A DNA stretch of 64,000 nt from a virus, in IMG/VR virus record IMGVR_UViG_3300037071_003688. One strand, given 5' to 3'. Below the pieces are notes generated by a model, which did not search any database, was not told the DNA's origin, and worked only from the letters and a program-made list of their open reading frames with translations. A program made the position numbers and the translations under genes. Of the stretch, positions 29,701 to 38,097 are shown piece by piece (positions within the stretch are counted from its first letter, which is position 1; every line of letters begins with the position of its first letter).

Positions 29701-30319
29701 GACCGCGGGGCAACAAGAACGCCGCGGCCTCGCCGCCTCCGCCGGTGGCCTCATCGTTCACGAGCGCCTCTCATGGGATCCCGCCGACATCGACGTGATG
29801 ACGAACCGCCGCCAGTTCCGGCTGATCTGGGATGCGGGTGTCCTCGCCGACGCCACCATCACGCGTGCCGCGTTCGGCAACCCGTGGCATGACGAGGTCG
29901 GGCGCTTCGCGCCGAAGGGCACCGGCAAGCAGGTCGCCGCCGAGGGCCGGGCACGTGAACTGTTGGCCGGGGAACGAATCGCGCTCGCCGATGTCGACGT
30001 GCCAATGGGAACCCCCGAACAGATCAAGTTGACGACCGACACCCGCGACGACGACGCCCTGTGGGAAACCGCCACACCGATCAAGGTCTCGGCGCAGGAC
30101 AAGTTCGTCGCATCCGAGGAATCCGTCAAGACACGACCGGTGCGCGACGTCGTGCTCGACGGCGAAGCATTCCGACCCGGCTACCCGCCCCGCCTGTACC
30201 AGTTGCCGGACGGCAGCTACCTCGTCGCTGACGGCCACCATCGAATCGTGATGCACAAGCTGCTCGGCACCCCGAGCTTCGACGCAATCGTGCTGCCCTA
30301 TCCGGAGGAGAAGCAATGA
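26789..30319 (+). CDS. polyprotein 3: zincin metallopeptidase / ParB-Srx-like / VIP2-like ADP-ribosyltransferase / ParB-Srx-like
   Basis: HEMGH..SLYA..E.HAEAF; TQ..SSD.RILDGHHRW; LLRG..DPAFVSVT..EKEWVLPRG; LVADGHHR; four tags. Confidence 0.9.
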   Translation: MSFDPDDDRWAERAAEVAVTTMTLEPGGEFTVKFRATEFNNPWHDEIGRFAPKGYGHMGGNKYSREVAVPRSVEDAAAVYAAMTLYNAVNRGDPMPAIHEALHALIKTAEAADQDLMERLIKPAARAIGDNDMDTAHELIVDADSEVFKPFTEEFEVPPPEKITVTGGQPPESGFGPTIWQTVTPEGHTITFNSRGHTVTDEQAYTILSAATTAARAGNMDQDVTIQVQASFNRDTMSREPLVMGFVVANPDIGTDPHRTVNITPELINGNFDPGGSTERIPSTLTASAALVEPLRITVLHEMGHVSLFEEAFHRQGDLTQGKEWFNEQMIQTANTTPITDKPFMSLYAQENTTEMHAEAFAEWTNTGGNTNNPWVLRMADQYGWSTGRAAEDLPLAAAGAPPIEPWVPIWYFPEEPVILIDSRDGASYVYGDAALAATEPVVASAGQFMNPWHDEIGRFAPKGTGSKFDAVSAMQDVQNGKPVSVTGVEAVDLALEMARLYHPIDMTLVTVDGSHMFSEMRANGRSRVEMPQIPGKFHPAFEEHLRELGVTMTPETIDPRELHGTQSELDGQAVGNMIQSYRDGGFNFTSKPLVVSSDNRILDGHHRWAAAAIESAACGGCIEMPIMRVDLPMSELLHVADDFVDSLGIVRQGHGEHGKHSPQPPPLHEKIAAAVIPPSQNEQVEFEYATDTDDGITDEQLADLPHGDGSAFEEGEGVVASPASFANPWHDEIGRFAPKGTGTKIGFDADAASNQFADDLATLNANADAMAEPYRIHYERGGEKQSTFAQARDEYLAYGSSEMDRQLRTNGDSTVKDPAHRRALMNAVVLDEAIERSGVVFAEDTVLLRGVRNTQAGNLTVGTEFTDPAFVSVTASPGEAAQASGQQQRPAGFPPSANPGTIVALKVPKGTKAMPGAENEKEWVLPRGGTYTVTNVIEGDGVRIAEVEVTFPESPPVTKGIPTINDLLERTAGQQERRGLAASAGGLIVHERLSWDPADIDVMTNRRQFRLIWDAGVLADATITRAAFGNPWHDEVGRFAPKGTGKQVAAEGRARELLAGERIALADVDVPMGTPEQIKLTTDTRDDDALWETATPIKVSAQDKFVASEESVKTRPVRDVVLDGEAFRPGYPPRLYQLPDGSYLVADGHHRIVMHKLLGTPSFDAIVLPYPEEKQ

Positions 30320-32595
30320 CCGCCACCTTCGCCAACCCGTGGCACGACGAAATCGGCCGCTTCGCGCCGAAAGGCACCGGCACCAAGGGCGACATTGACG
30401 ACAGCGGCGGGATGACCCGACCAGGATGGCTGGGACTGCACGCCCCCAAGAGCGCGAAGACGCTGACGCGGGTCGCACGGATCCTGGACTCCATGCCCGA
30501 GACCCGCGAAGTAGCCGACCTCGTGAAGGGCGCGGCCGAGGCCGAAGACCCGGACGAGTTCGATGCGTGGATGGAGGACGCCTTGAACGCCATCGCACGC
30601 GCTGGCGGCACGAGCGGCGAGATGCTCGACATCGAACGCCAGTTGGACGAGATCCGCCGCGCCGGGTTCACCATGCCGCCTGTCCTCACGTGGGGGATCA
30701 ACGAGTTCGCCAACCCGTGGCACGACGAGGAAGGCAAGTTCGCGCCGAAGGGCGCAGGCACGAAGTCGTCCGGCGTCGCCGCTCCCGAGGGGACCGATCA
30801 GCCGACCCAGGGCAACGAGGGCGACATCGTCTCGAAGCTCGAAGTGAAGCCGGGCGGTAACCGCTCGACCGGAGTCGACCATGAGGCGCTCGCTCAGGAG
30901 GTGATCAACGGCGGCGACATCGTCGTCAACCCGATCGACGCCGACGACGTGATCCGCAACTTCGCCGACGCACCCCAGGACGTCGTTGACTTGACCGGGG
31001 TCACGGTCGAGGGCGCCCCCAACATGTTCTCGAAGATGCGCGAGTCAGGGCGCGCCCGTACCGAGATGCCGCAGATCACCCCCGACGTGCAACCCGAGTG
31101 GTTCGACACGCTCCGCCAGGAAGGCATCAACTTCGTCGCAAACGAAGTCGACCCGGCGTCACTGTCGGCAACACAGTCGGAACTGAACGGCAAGAAAGTC
31201 GGCGGCATGATCAGGGCGATGGAGGGCGGCACGATGTCGCTCGAAGGCGACGCCCTGCTCGTCTCGTCGGACGGCCACATCCTCGACGGCCACCATCGTT
31301 GGGCGGCTGCGGCGGCGATGTCAGCGGACTGTGGCGGCTGCATCAAGATCCCGGTGATCGTGATCGACCTGCCAATCACGGAACTGGTCTCGTACGGCCT
31401 CAACTGGACTGACGCACGAGGGATCCCCCGCGCCGGGGTCGGAACGCCGAGTAAGAAGCAGGCGGCTGGAATGTCGCCGTGGATCTTTACTATGAAGGGC
31501 GTGACCTTCGCGGCCAAGAACTTCATGGAGGGCGGAACCCCCGTCCCCGAGGGCGAGTACCCGAAGTTCGCGACCGACGCCGAGGACGGCCTCACCGACG
31601 CCGACTTCGTTGGTCTGCCGCAGGGCGACGGTTCGTTGTCCGCCGCCAACGCCAACACGGCTGTCGCCGAGAAGCCAGCCGAAGGCGACGCTGTGACGGC
31701 GTCGGGCGCCCGCCGCCAGTTCGGCCTGGCCGAGTTCATGAACCCATGGCACGACGAGATCGGGCGCTTCGCGCCGAAGGGAACCGGCACGCAGTCCGGC
31801 GGATCCCACCCGCCGGTGACGAGCGGTGACGTCACCATCGAGTTCGATGACAAGGGCGAGATCGTCGTGTCCGACGAGGCGATGGCGCTCGCCAAGCCGG
31901 TCTACGAGGAGGCCCAACGCCGTGAACGGGCGATCTCCGACCGGCTGATCGAGATCGTCGGCGACCGCTCCCCGGAGCAGTACGAGGAACCACCACCGCC
32001 GCAGTTGTACGGCTTCGAGTTCCGCCGCAAGGAACAAGACAAGATCGCCGAGAAGATCGAACGGGAAGTCCTCGAAGCCCACGAGGAAGGCATCGTGATG
32101 ACCCGCGAGCAAGCCGCCGCCAAGATCAAGGACGCGGTGCGCTACACCGTTCACTACACGCAAGACGAGTTCGGCGAGAAAGCGCAAGCCGTGATCGACC
32201 AACTCGCGCAGGACAACCCGGGCGGCAAGGTCAAGAACACGTGGCCCCCCGGCTCGAACAACGTGTACAAGGGCGTCAACGTCAACGTCACCACCGACGA
32301 TGGCTACACGTACGAGATCCAGTTCCACACCCCCGAGTCGCAAGCCATCAAGGACGCCCAACACGACCTGTACAAGCAGGCCCGTGTGCTCCCCAAAGGC
32401 GACCCGCGTCGAGTCCAACTCGAAGCGCAGATGGACCAGTTGAGCAAGGGCGTCGAACCGCCGACCGGCGCGATCGAGGTTTCGACGCCAGAGCGGTGGC
32501 GCGAACGGCTGGCAGCGAGCGCCGCCCGCCTCCGCCACTTCCTCACCCAACGACACATCCTCTCCCAGACCCGACATTGGAGCGTCCATGAGTAA
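30316..32595 (+). CDS. polyprotein 4: short helical module / ParB-Srx-like / RelA-SpoT-like (small alarmone synthetase fold) nucleotidyltransferase
   Basis: ILDGHHRW; R.K......KI..IKDAVRYT..KNTW..YKGVN..EIQFHTPES..H.LY; three tags. Confidence 0.88.
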   Translation: MTATFANPWHDEIGRFAPKGTGTKGDIDDSGGMTRPGWLGLHAPKSAKTLTRVARILDSMPETREVADLVKGAAEAEDPDEFDAWMEDALNAIARAGGTSGEMLDIERQLDEIRRAGFTMPPVLTWGINEFANPWHDEEGKFAPKGAGTKSSGVAAPEGTDQPTQGNEGDIVSKLEVKPGGNRSTGVDHEALAQEVINGGDIVVNPIDADDVIRNFADAPQDVVDLTGVTVEGAPNMFSKMRESGRARTEMPQITPDVQPEWFDTLRQEGINFVANEVDPASLSATQSELNGKKVGGMIRAMEGGTMSLEGDALLVSSDGHILDGHHRWAAAAAMSADCGGCIKIPVIVIDLPITELVSYGLNWTDARGIPRAGVGTPSKKQAAGMSPWIFTMKGVTFAAKNFMEGGTPVPEGEYPKFATDAEDGLTDADFVGLPQGDGSLSAANANTAVAEKPAEGDAVTASGARRQFGLAEFMNPWHDEIGRFAPKGTGTQSGGSHPPVTSGDVTIEFDDKGEIVVSDEAMALAKPVYEEAQRRERAISDRLIEIVGDRSPEQYEEPPPPQLYGFEFRRKEQDKIAEKIEREVLEAHEEGIVMTREQAAAKIKDAVRYTVHYTQDEFGEKAQAVIDQLAQDNPGGKVKNTWPPGSNNVYKGVNVNVTTDDGYTYEIQFHTPESQAIKDAQHDLYKQARVLPKGDPRRVQLEAQMDQLSKGVEPPTGAIEVSTPERWRERLAASAARLRHFLTQRHILSQTRHWSVHE

Positions 32596-32863
32596 CACCG
32601 AGACCACCCTGTCGCCGACCGGCTGGTTCCTGCGGTCCGACGACGAGGGCGGCTACATGGCGGCGGCTCGCTTCTACGCGCCGTCGTCCATCGACGTCGA
32701 CGTGTACAACGCCCAAACCGGCGACTGGACACCGTTCTCGGGTAGCACCAACCTGTTCGAGCGGCTCCAAACCGAACCGGACTGGGAGCAAGTCTCCGAG
32801 CAGGACGCCGAGGCGTGGATCGCGTCTAAGCGAGGCGGAGTGGCACCAGGTTCGATCGGGTGA
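32588..32863 (+). CDS. small acidic protein, candidate antitoxin for the RelA/SpoT-like module
   Basis: overlaps the end of polyprotein 4; ends W..VSEQDAEAWI. Confidence 0.7.
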   Translation: MSNTETTLSPTGWFLRSDDEGGYMAAARFYAPSSIDVDVYNAQTGDWTPFSGSTNLFERLQTEPDWEQVSEQDAEAWIASKRGGVAPGSIG

Positions 32864-33533
32864 TCGGCACCGGGTTCAAGTCGAGGATCGTGTCGACGTT
32901 GATCGGCATCACCTCGGACAGTTGACCCAACCAGTGTTCGGCAGCGAAGCGCGATTCGCGCCCGGGCCGACAGTTCTGGCGGACCAGTTCGAGCCGCGTC
33001 CACCAGAAGTTCCCGCCGAACATCCCGCCGACACCATCGAGGCCGGGCGGGTTCAACTCGCGGTTGCGCCACGCCTCGGCGAGCCGCTCGATGTCCGGGT
33101 CACCCTTGATCCAATGGCAGCCGACGATCGACTTGCCGTCGCACTCCAAGGCGGCGACAGCGACACGCCAGTCGACCACGCATAGCTGCTCCATCGACTG
33201 GCGCCACGGATTGTCGATCGACTCGACGCGACTCGACCCCTTGGTGTGCGTGTACAGCACGGCACCATCGTGGTCCTGCGAGAAGTCGTACAGCTTGTCG
33301 AGCGTCTCCTGCTCGAAACCCTGGGTGACCGACGCGACCGGCGTGTAGTTGACCCCGTACACGGCGAGAGCGTCGCACACCCGCTCGATGTTGTCGTCGG
33401 AGCCGACGAACCCGATCTGGAACGACGCCAACTGGTCGTAGAGACCACCGAAGCGCAGCGCGCCGATGTGCTCGTGGACGGGGATCTCCCAAGCACCATC
33501 GGCATAGCAATGGAAAAAGTGGTGTAAATCCAT
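32826..33533 (-). CDS. putative glycosyltransferase-like protein
   Basis: E..TL..L..VLY.HTKG..WR..M..GNFWW..R..AE.W motif. Confidence 0.6.
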   Translation of the reverse strand: MDLHHFFHCYADGAWEIPVHEHIGALRFGGLYDQLASFQIGFVGSDDNIERVCDALAVYGVNYTPVASVTQGFEQETLDKLYDFSQDHDGAVLYTHTKGSSRVESIDNPWRQSMEQLCVVDWRVAVAALECDGKSIVGCHWIKGDPDIERLAEAWRNRELNPPGLDGVGGMFGGNFWWTRLELVRQNCRPGRESRFAAEHWLGQLSEVMPINVDTILDLNPVPITRSNLVPLRLA

Positions 33534-34546
33534 CAGACTTGGCCGCCCTTGAAATAGTCGCTTGGTCGGGTCATACCGCGGATGTCGGCGGCGAAAGAGT
33601 CCTCCTCGTGGCTGAGTCGATTCAACATCTCCTCGAAATGTTCTGGTTCGGCCTTGATCTTGGCGGCTCCGCTACTGGTTGCTTTCTGACCAACCTGCAT
33701 CGCGAAGCGGAACGTCTCGATCGGCTCGCCGGTTCGCTCCACGTAGGCGCGTAGCGTCTTTAGATTCGGGAAGACGCCATGCTCGTCAGGCAGACCGCTG
33801 ATGCGCTGCTCCGCGATCCTGTGATAGTTGGCGTTCAACTCGGCGCCGAGGAACGTGCGGCTGAGATCCCTGGCCACGACGGCGACCGTTCCGGTCCCCA
33901 TGTACGGGTCGAGAACGACGGCGCCCTCGTTCGTCGTTGACAGGACGATCCGAGCGATCATGTCTTCGGGAAACTGGCATGGGTGGACCGTCTGTTCCTC
34001 GTGATTGTGTTTCACGTTTCGGAACACCCAGATGTCACCCGGGTTCTTCCCATCCGGGTGGCACGTCAACTCGCCTTTGCGATCACCCGTCCACGCTCTC
34101 TTGTTCCGGTATTTCTGCGGGACTCTGATGGGGTCGAGGTTGAACGTGTAGTCGTCACCCTTGGTGAACCACAGCACCGTCTCATGTCGCGCGCTGAACT
34201 TCCTTCGTCCGTGAAGCCCATGCTGACGAACCCAAATGATGCGGTTGCGGGGCCGAAGGCCAAGGTCTTCGAGAATCGGAAAGAAACGGACATCGAGTGG
34301 GATGAGCGTTCCGTCATCGGAGTGTGCTCCCACCTGCCAGAAGATCGAGGCTCCGTCATCCATGACCCGCACACACTCACGAAGTACCTCCGATTGTCGG
34401 GCGAGGTAGTCCGAAAGTGTCAACTTCGACTCGTACGACTTGCCGATGTTGTAAGGCGGCGATGAAACGACAAGATCAACGGACCCGTCGTCCAACGCCG
34501 CTAGGAGTTCCATACAGTCGCCTTGGTGGATCCGATTATGGAGCAT
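33533..34546 (-). CDS. N4-cytosine/N6-adenine DNA methyltransferase (beta class)
   Basis: GDC..SSPPYN..HPCQFP..DPYMGTGT..GAELN. Confidence 0.92.
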   Translation of the reverse strand: MLHNRIHQGDCMELLAALDDGSVDLVVSSPPYNIGKSYESKLTLSDYLARQSEVLRECVRVMDDGASIFWQVGAHSDDGTLIPLDVRFFPILEDLGLRPRNRIIWVRQHGLHGRRKFSARHETVLWFTKGDDYTFNLDPIRVPQKYRNKRAWTGDRKGELTCHPDGKNPGDIWVFRNVKHNHEEQTVHPCQFPEDMIARIVLSTTNEGAVVLDPYMGTGTVAVVARDLSRTFLGAELNANYHRIAEQRISGLPDEHGVFPNLKTLRAYVERTGEPIETFRFAMQVGQKATSSGAAKIKAEPEHFEEMLNRLSHEEDSFAADIRGMTRPSDYFKGGQV

Positions 34547-34556
34547 CGGACTATGG

Positions 34557-35012
34557 TTGCAGACCGTGACCACCGAGGCGTACCCGACGACTCCCTGCAT
34601 CGAGATCCCGGAGGCAGTCCGCATCAAGAGTGGGCGGGCCAAGGGCTACGGCTGGATGTGGTACACCGATGGCAGCGGTCGCCGCCGGAACCAGTACGTC
34701 CATCGCCGGATCGCTGAACGCATGGTCGGTCGAACCCTTGAACGGCACGAGGAGGTCATGCACCTGTGCGACAACCCACCCTGCTTCCGGGGCGACCATC
34801 TCGTTGTCGGCAGCCACGCCGAGAACCTTCGGATGGCGGCGAGCCGGGGAATGAATCAAGGCGAGCGCAACGGCCAAGCGAAGCTGACAACCGCCGAGGT
34901 CGCTGCCATCCGCTCGCGAAGCGAGAGCGCCCGCGTCCTGGCAGCCGAATACGGGGTCAATGCGAGTCACATCTACAAGATCCGATCCGGGCGTCGGAGG
35001 GCTGGGGCGTGA
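34557..35012 (+). CDS. HNH homing endonuclease with a C-terminal DNA-binding region
   Basis: GYG..YVHR..VMHLCDNP.C...HL..G...EN..GERNGQAKLT. Confidence 0.88.
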   Translation: MQTVTTEAYPTTPCIEIPEAVRIKSGRAKGYGWMWYTDGSGRRRNQYVHRRIAERMVGRTLERHEEVMHLCDNPPCFRGDHLVVGSHAENLRMAASRGMNQGERNGQAKLTTAEVAAIRSRSESARVLAAEYGVNASHIYKIRSGRRRAGA

Positions 35013-35755
35013 GAACCGAGTGTTACGTCACGATTCATGACCAAGATCTGGTGCTTGAAGCCGAGCGGACAGGGCAGTTCGACTTGCTCTCACATACGTA
35101 CCTGTTCGTGGGTCATCGCCCGGTGGATCGAATCCCGGCAGACGTCAAGGTCGTCGTCGCGCGTGACTACAGCCCCAATGTTGAGCATCTGCCAATGTTC
35201 TACGACTTCACCGGCTGGCATGTGCTCGCGAGCCACGAGTTGATCACGGCCGACCATGCGATCATGTTGCAGTACGACATGTGGATCATCGACTCCGAGA
35301 TCGAGACCAAGGTCGACGCGCTGCTCGACGCGGCGCCGGGGATGGTGGCGTTCAACGCCGGGTACTGGGGGCCGAACTGGATGCTGCACATCCCGGGCTT
35401 CGAGGAGGCGTACCGGGCCGGGCTGGCAACGGTCGGTGTCAACCCCGACGACTTCGGGCCGTTCAACGAGTGGCCATGCACACAGGGCACCGCCTGGCGC
35501 ACGAAGACGTTGACGGAGTTCATGATCTGGTTCGCGCCGATGTTCGAGGTGTTCAAGGATCACGTCTTCGCCGGGCATCTCGCCGAACGGACCGTGAAGG
35601 CGTACCTCGCGGCGAACGGGATCCCCGAGCAATACCTGCTCGGAGCGATCGCCCACGAAGCCGCCGACATGCACGGCACCGGCGCTTTGATGCGCGGCGA
35701 CCGGGCGCTCTACGAAGCGCGCAACGCCGAGTTCATGCGCGGCGTGCCGTCGTGA
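35009..35755 (+). CDS. putative glycosyltransferase-like protein
   Basis: LQYD...GH..ER motifs; sits among sugar-modification genes; GTGA-coupled start. Confidence 0.55.
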   Translation: MRTECYVTIHDQDLVLEAERTGQFDLLSHTYLFVGHRPVDRIPADVKVVVARDYSPNVEHLPMFYDFTGWHVLASHELITADHAIMLQYDMWIIDSEIETKVDALLDAAPGMVAFNAGYWGPNWMLHIPGFEEAYRAGLATVGVNPDDFGPFNEWPCTQGTAWRTKTLTEFMIWFAPMFEVFKDHVFAGHLAERTVKAYLAANGIPEQYLLGAIAHEAADMHGTGALMRGDRALYEARNAEFMRGVPS

Positions 35756-36543
35756 CCCCGGCGGCGCTCCGATACCCCGGATCGAAGTGGACGCTCGCAG
35801 CGACGATCGTCAACCAGTTTGAGCCGCACCGTCACTACATCGAACCGTTCTTCGGATCCGGCGCCGTGTTCTTCACCAAACCCCCAGTCCCGCACGAGGT
35901 GATCAACGACCGGAACGGCTCGGTCACCAACCTGTTCCGGGTGCTTCGCGACCGAACCGACGATCTGCGCTGGGCGCTTGAAGCGACACCGTGGAGCCGC
36001 GACGAATACGACCAGTGCGACACCGCGACCGTGGACGAACTCGAAGCGGCCCGCCGATTCGTCGTCCGATGCTGGCAGGCGCACGCCAGCGATCTCGCCA
36101 AGAAGACCGGATGGAAGAACCGGGGACCGAGCCAACGGGCGGCAGGCATGTCGCACCGTTGGAACAAGGTCCCCGCACAACTGCGACAGATCGCGTGGCG
36201 ATTGAAGGACGCCGAGATCGAGAACCGCGACGCACTCGAAGTCATCGAACGCCACGCCGGTCCTGACTGTCTCATCTACGCCGACCCGCCGTATCCGCAC
36301 GATGTGCGCACGCAGCCGATGTACGGCGACGAGATGTCCGACGCTGAACATCTCAAGCTGATCGCCGCGCTCCTCAATCATCCCGGCCCGGTCGTGGTGA
36401 GCGGCTACGCCAACCCGATGTACGACGAAGCGTTCGCTGACTGGCGGCGCCTGATCATCACCGCCCCCAAAGCCGAGAAGGCCGCCGTGCGCGCGGAGGT
36501 TCTTTGGGTCAAGCCGGGGATGAGCCAGGGGACGCTCTGCTGA
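35752..36543 (+). CDS. Dam-like (D12 class) DNA adenine methyltransferase
   Basis: RYPGSK..YIEPFFGSG..ND..YADPPY. Confidence 0.92.
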   Translation: MTPAALRYPGSKWTLAATIVNQFEPHRHYIEPFFGSGAVFFTKPPVPHEVINDRNGSVTNLFRVLRDRTDDLRWALEATPWSRDEYDQCDTATVDELEAARRFVVRCWQAHASDLAKKTGWKNRGPSQRAAGMSHRWNKVPAQLRQIAWRLKDAEIENRDALEVIERHAGPDCLIYADPPYPHDVRTQPMYGDEMSDAEHLKLIAALLNHPGPVVVSGYANPMYDEAFADWRRLIITAPKAEKAAVRAEVLWVKPGMSQGTLC

Positions 36544-37141
36544 CGAGGTAGTCGGCGTTCATGTACCAGTCTTCATAGGGCTGCTTGTAGTACAGCGGGT
36601 TCGGGTCCATGCAGAGAGCGTTGTCGACGACCCGCTCGAAGCCGTGACCGGTGAGGAAGTCGTAGATGGCGTCTTTGTGGGCTGGGCCGTCGGCGTAGAG
36701 GTTGTGTTCGACGGTCATCAGGATCACGGTGTACCTGTCGAAGTCCAAGCCTTGGAGGGCGATCAGTTCGCCGCCTTCGATGTCGAGCGACATGTAGTCG
36801 ATCGTGTCGGGCGCGCGCACGGACCGCAGGATCTCCGTGAGCGTCGCCGATGGCACCTGTACGCCCCCGTGACCGACGATCCGGTCCCCGAGCATCCACA
36901 CCTGCCCCTCGCGCTCTGCGACCGCCTTAGCGACCGTGTGGCACTTCCTGTTCGACGCGCAGGCGGCGGCGATCGACGGCGACGCCTCGATGCAGACACC
37001 ATCCCAACCCATCTTCTCCAACGCGAACGTGTTGGATGTCTGCACCCCGTCGTAGGCGCCGACATCCACGAAGTAGCCGGGCCGGTCACCGAGGGTGTCG
37101 ACCACCCACTGGTCCTGACCGGCCTGCGAGTACCAGTTCAT
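36509..37141 (-). CDS. FkbM-family SAM-dependent methyltransferase
   Basis: YSQ.GQD..FVDVGAYDG..SNT..IDYMSLDIEGGE. Confidence 0.9.
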   Translation of the reverse strand: MNWYSQAGQDQWVVDTLGDRPGYFVDVGAYDGVQTSNTFALEKMGWDGVCIEASPSIAAACASNRKCHTVAKAVAEREGQVWMLGDRIVGHGGVQVPSATLTEILRSVRAPDTIDYMSLDIEGGELIALQGLDFDRYTVILMTVEHNLYADGPAHKDAIYDFLTGHGFERVVDNALCMDPNPLYYKQPYEDWYMNADYLVSRASPGSSPA

Positions 37142-38097
37142 GCGATGCGTCGAAGATGAGCGGCGGTCTGCTCGGTGATCGCCGCCGACGATTCCTTGTA
37201 GACGGCGTCGACCTGCTGGGACCAGAACCGGTGATCGGCGAGCACCTCACTCAGTCGGACCTCGGGGAAATGCGCGCAGGCGCGATCGAAGTGGGCGAAC
37301 ATCGTGCAGTCGGTCACCATGATCGGACGACGGGCGGCGACGAGGTAGTCGAGCGCCGACGACAGCCCGGCGTTGTGCTGACCGGGAACGTAGAACAGAC
37401 AGTTGACGGTGTTCTCGGCGAGCCGGGCGACGACGTCGTCCGCTTCGAGATGGTCGCTCGTGCGGTGCAGACGCAGCCCGGGATGACCATCGAAGATCTC
37501 CTCGATCTGGCGCACGATCCCCGGACCGTACAGTTCGCGGCCCCCAGCGCCGTTGAAGTACGCCTCGGGCATGTGGAGATCGAAGATGGCGACCTGCAAC
37601 GTCGCCGCGATCTCGGTGGCGACGGCCGGGAAGTTCTTGTGCGGGAACGCGAACCCGAACGATCCGATCCGCGGCGGTGACGGCAACGGTCCGAGCGTGA
37701 CGGTGTCGGGTAGCGGCCGGTCGGTGACGAGCACCCACGGGTTCGTGGCGATCAACGTCGGGTCGAGCGCGAGCATGAAGTCGAACAGGCGGTGATGGTC
37801 GGCGGCGACCTGGTCGATTGTGTCGTGCTGGTAGTTGTGGATCACCGCGATTCGTGTCGCCCGATGTCGCTTGATGTCCTCGGTCACCCACGGCATGATC
37901 CCCGGCATGAAGTTGATGATCACCGCGTCGAACTTGTCGGACTCCATCACCCGGTGATACGCCTCGATGTCGTTGACCTCGATGTAGTCGAGCGCGATGT
38001 CCTCCCCGAGCGCGACCAGTCGGGCGTGTCGCCGCCCAAGATCGTGTACGCCGCACACCTCGCTGTGAGCGTGGTTGACGTACAAGACGTTGATCAT
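37138..38097 (-). CDS. GT-B-like glycosyltransferase
   Basis: CGV..; IGSFGFAFPHK; G.SSALD....RP. Confidence 0.65.
   Translation of the reverse strand: MINVLYVNHAHSEVCGVHDLGRRHARLVALGEDIALDYIEVNDIEAYHRVMESDKFDAVIINFMPGIMPWVTEDIKRHRATRIAVIHNYQHDTIDQVAADHHRLFDFMLALDPTLIATNPWVLVTDRPLPDTVTLGPLPSPPRIGSFGFAFPHKNFPAVATEIAATLQVAIFDLHMPEAYFNGAGGRELYGPGIVRQIEEIFDGHPGLRLHRTSDHLEADDVVARLAENTVNCLFYVPGQHNAGLSSALDYLVAARRPIMVTDCTMFAHFDRACAHFPEVRLSEVLADHRFWSQQVDAVYKESSAAITEQTAAHLRRIA

Larger units (their letters stand above)
16780..31788 (+). repeat. dispersed in-frame 48-bp repeat encoding NPWHDE(I/V)G(R/Q/K)FAPKGTG; 17 copies here plus one at 47038-47085 (-)
   Basis: copies start at 16780, 18004, 18694, 19633, 20323, 21514, 22278, 23211, 24045, 26238, 26909, 28139, 28970, 29879, 30334, 30712, 31741; much of the variation is synonymous. 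Confidence 0.95.

Noticed and set aside
28190-31440. ParB-like domains as a plasmid-prophage partition system
   Set aside because: No HTH or dimerisation region and no ParA in the window; the domains are embedded in tagged polyproteins.
16780-31788. 48-bp repeats as a CRISPR array or DNA-level repeat element
   Set aside because: Spacing is 0.4-2 kb and irregular, all copies are in-frame with synonymous variation, and no cas genes are visible; the constraint is on the peptide.
16759-32595. Modules as inteins
   Set aside because: No Cys/Ser-start and His-Asn-end splicing motifs or LAGLIDADG blocks at the module boundaries.
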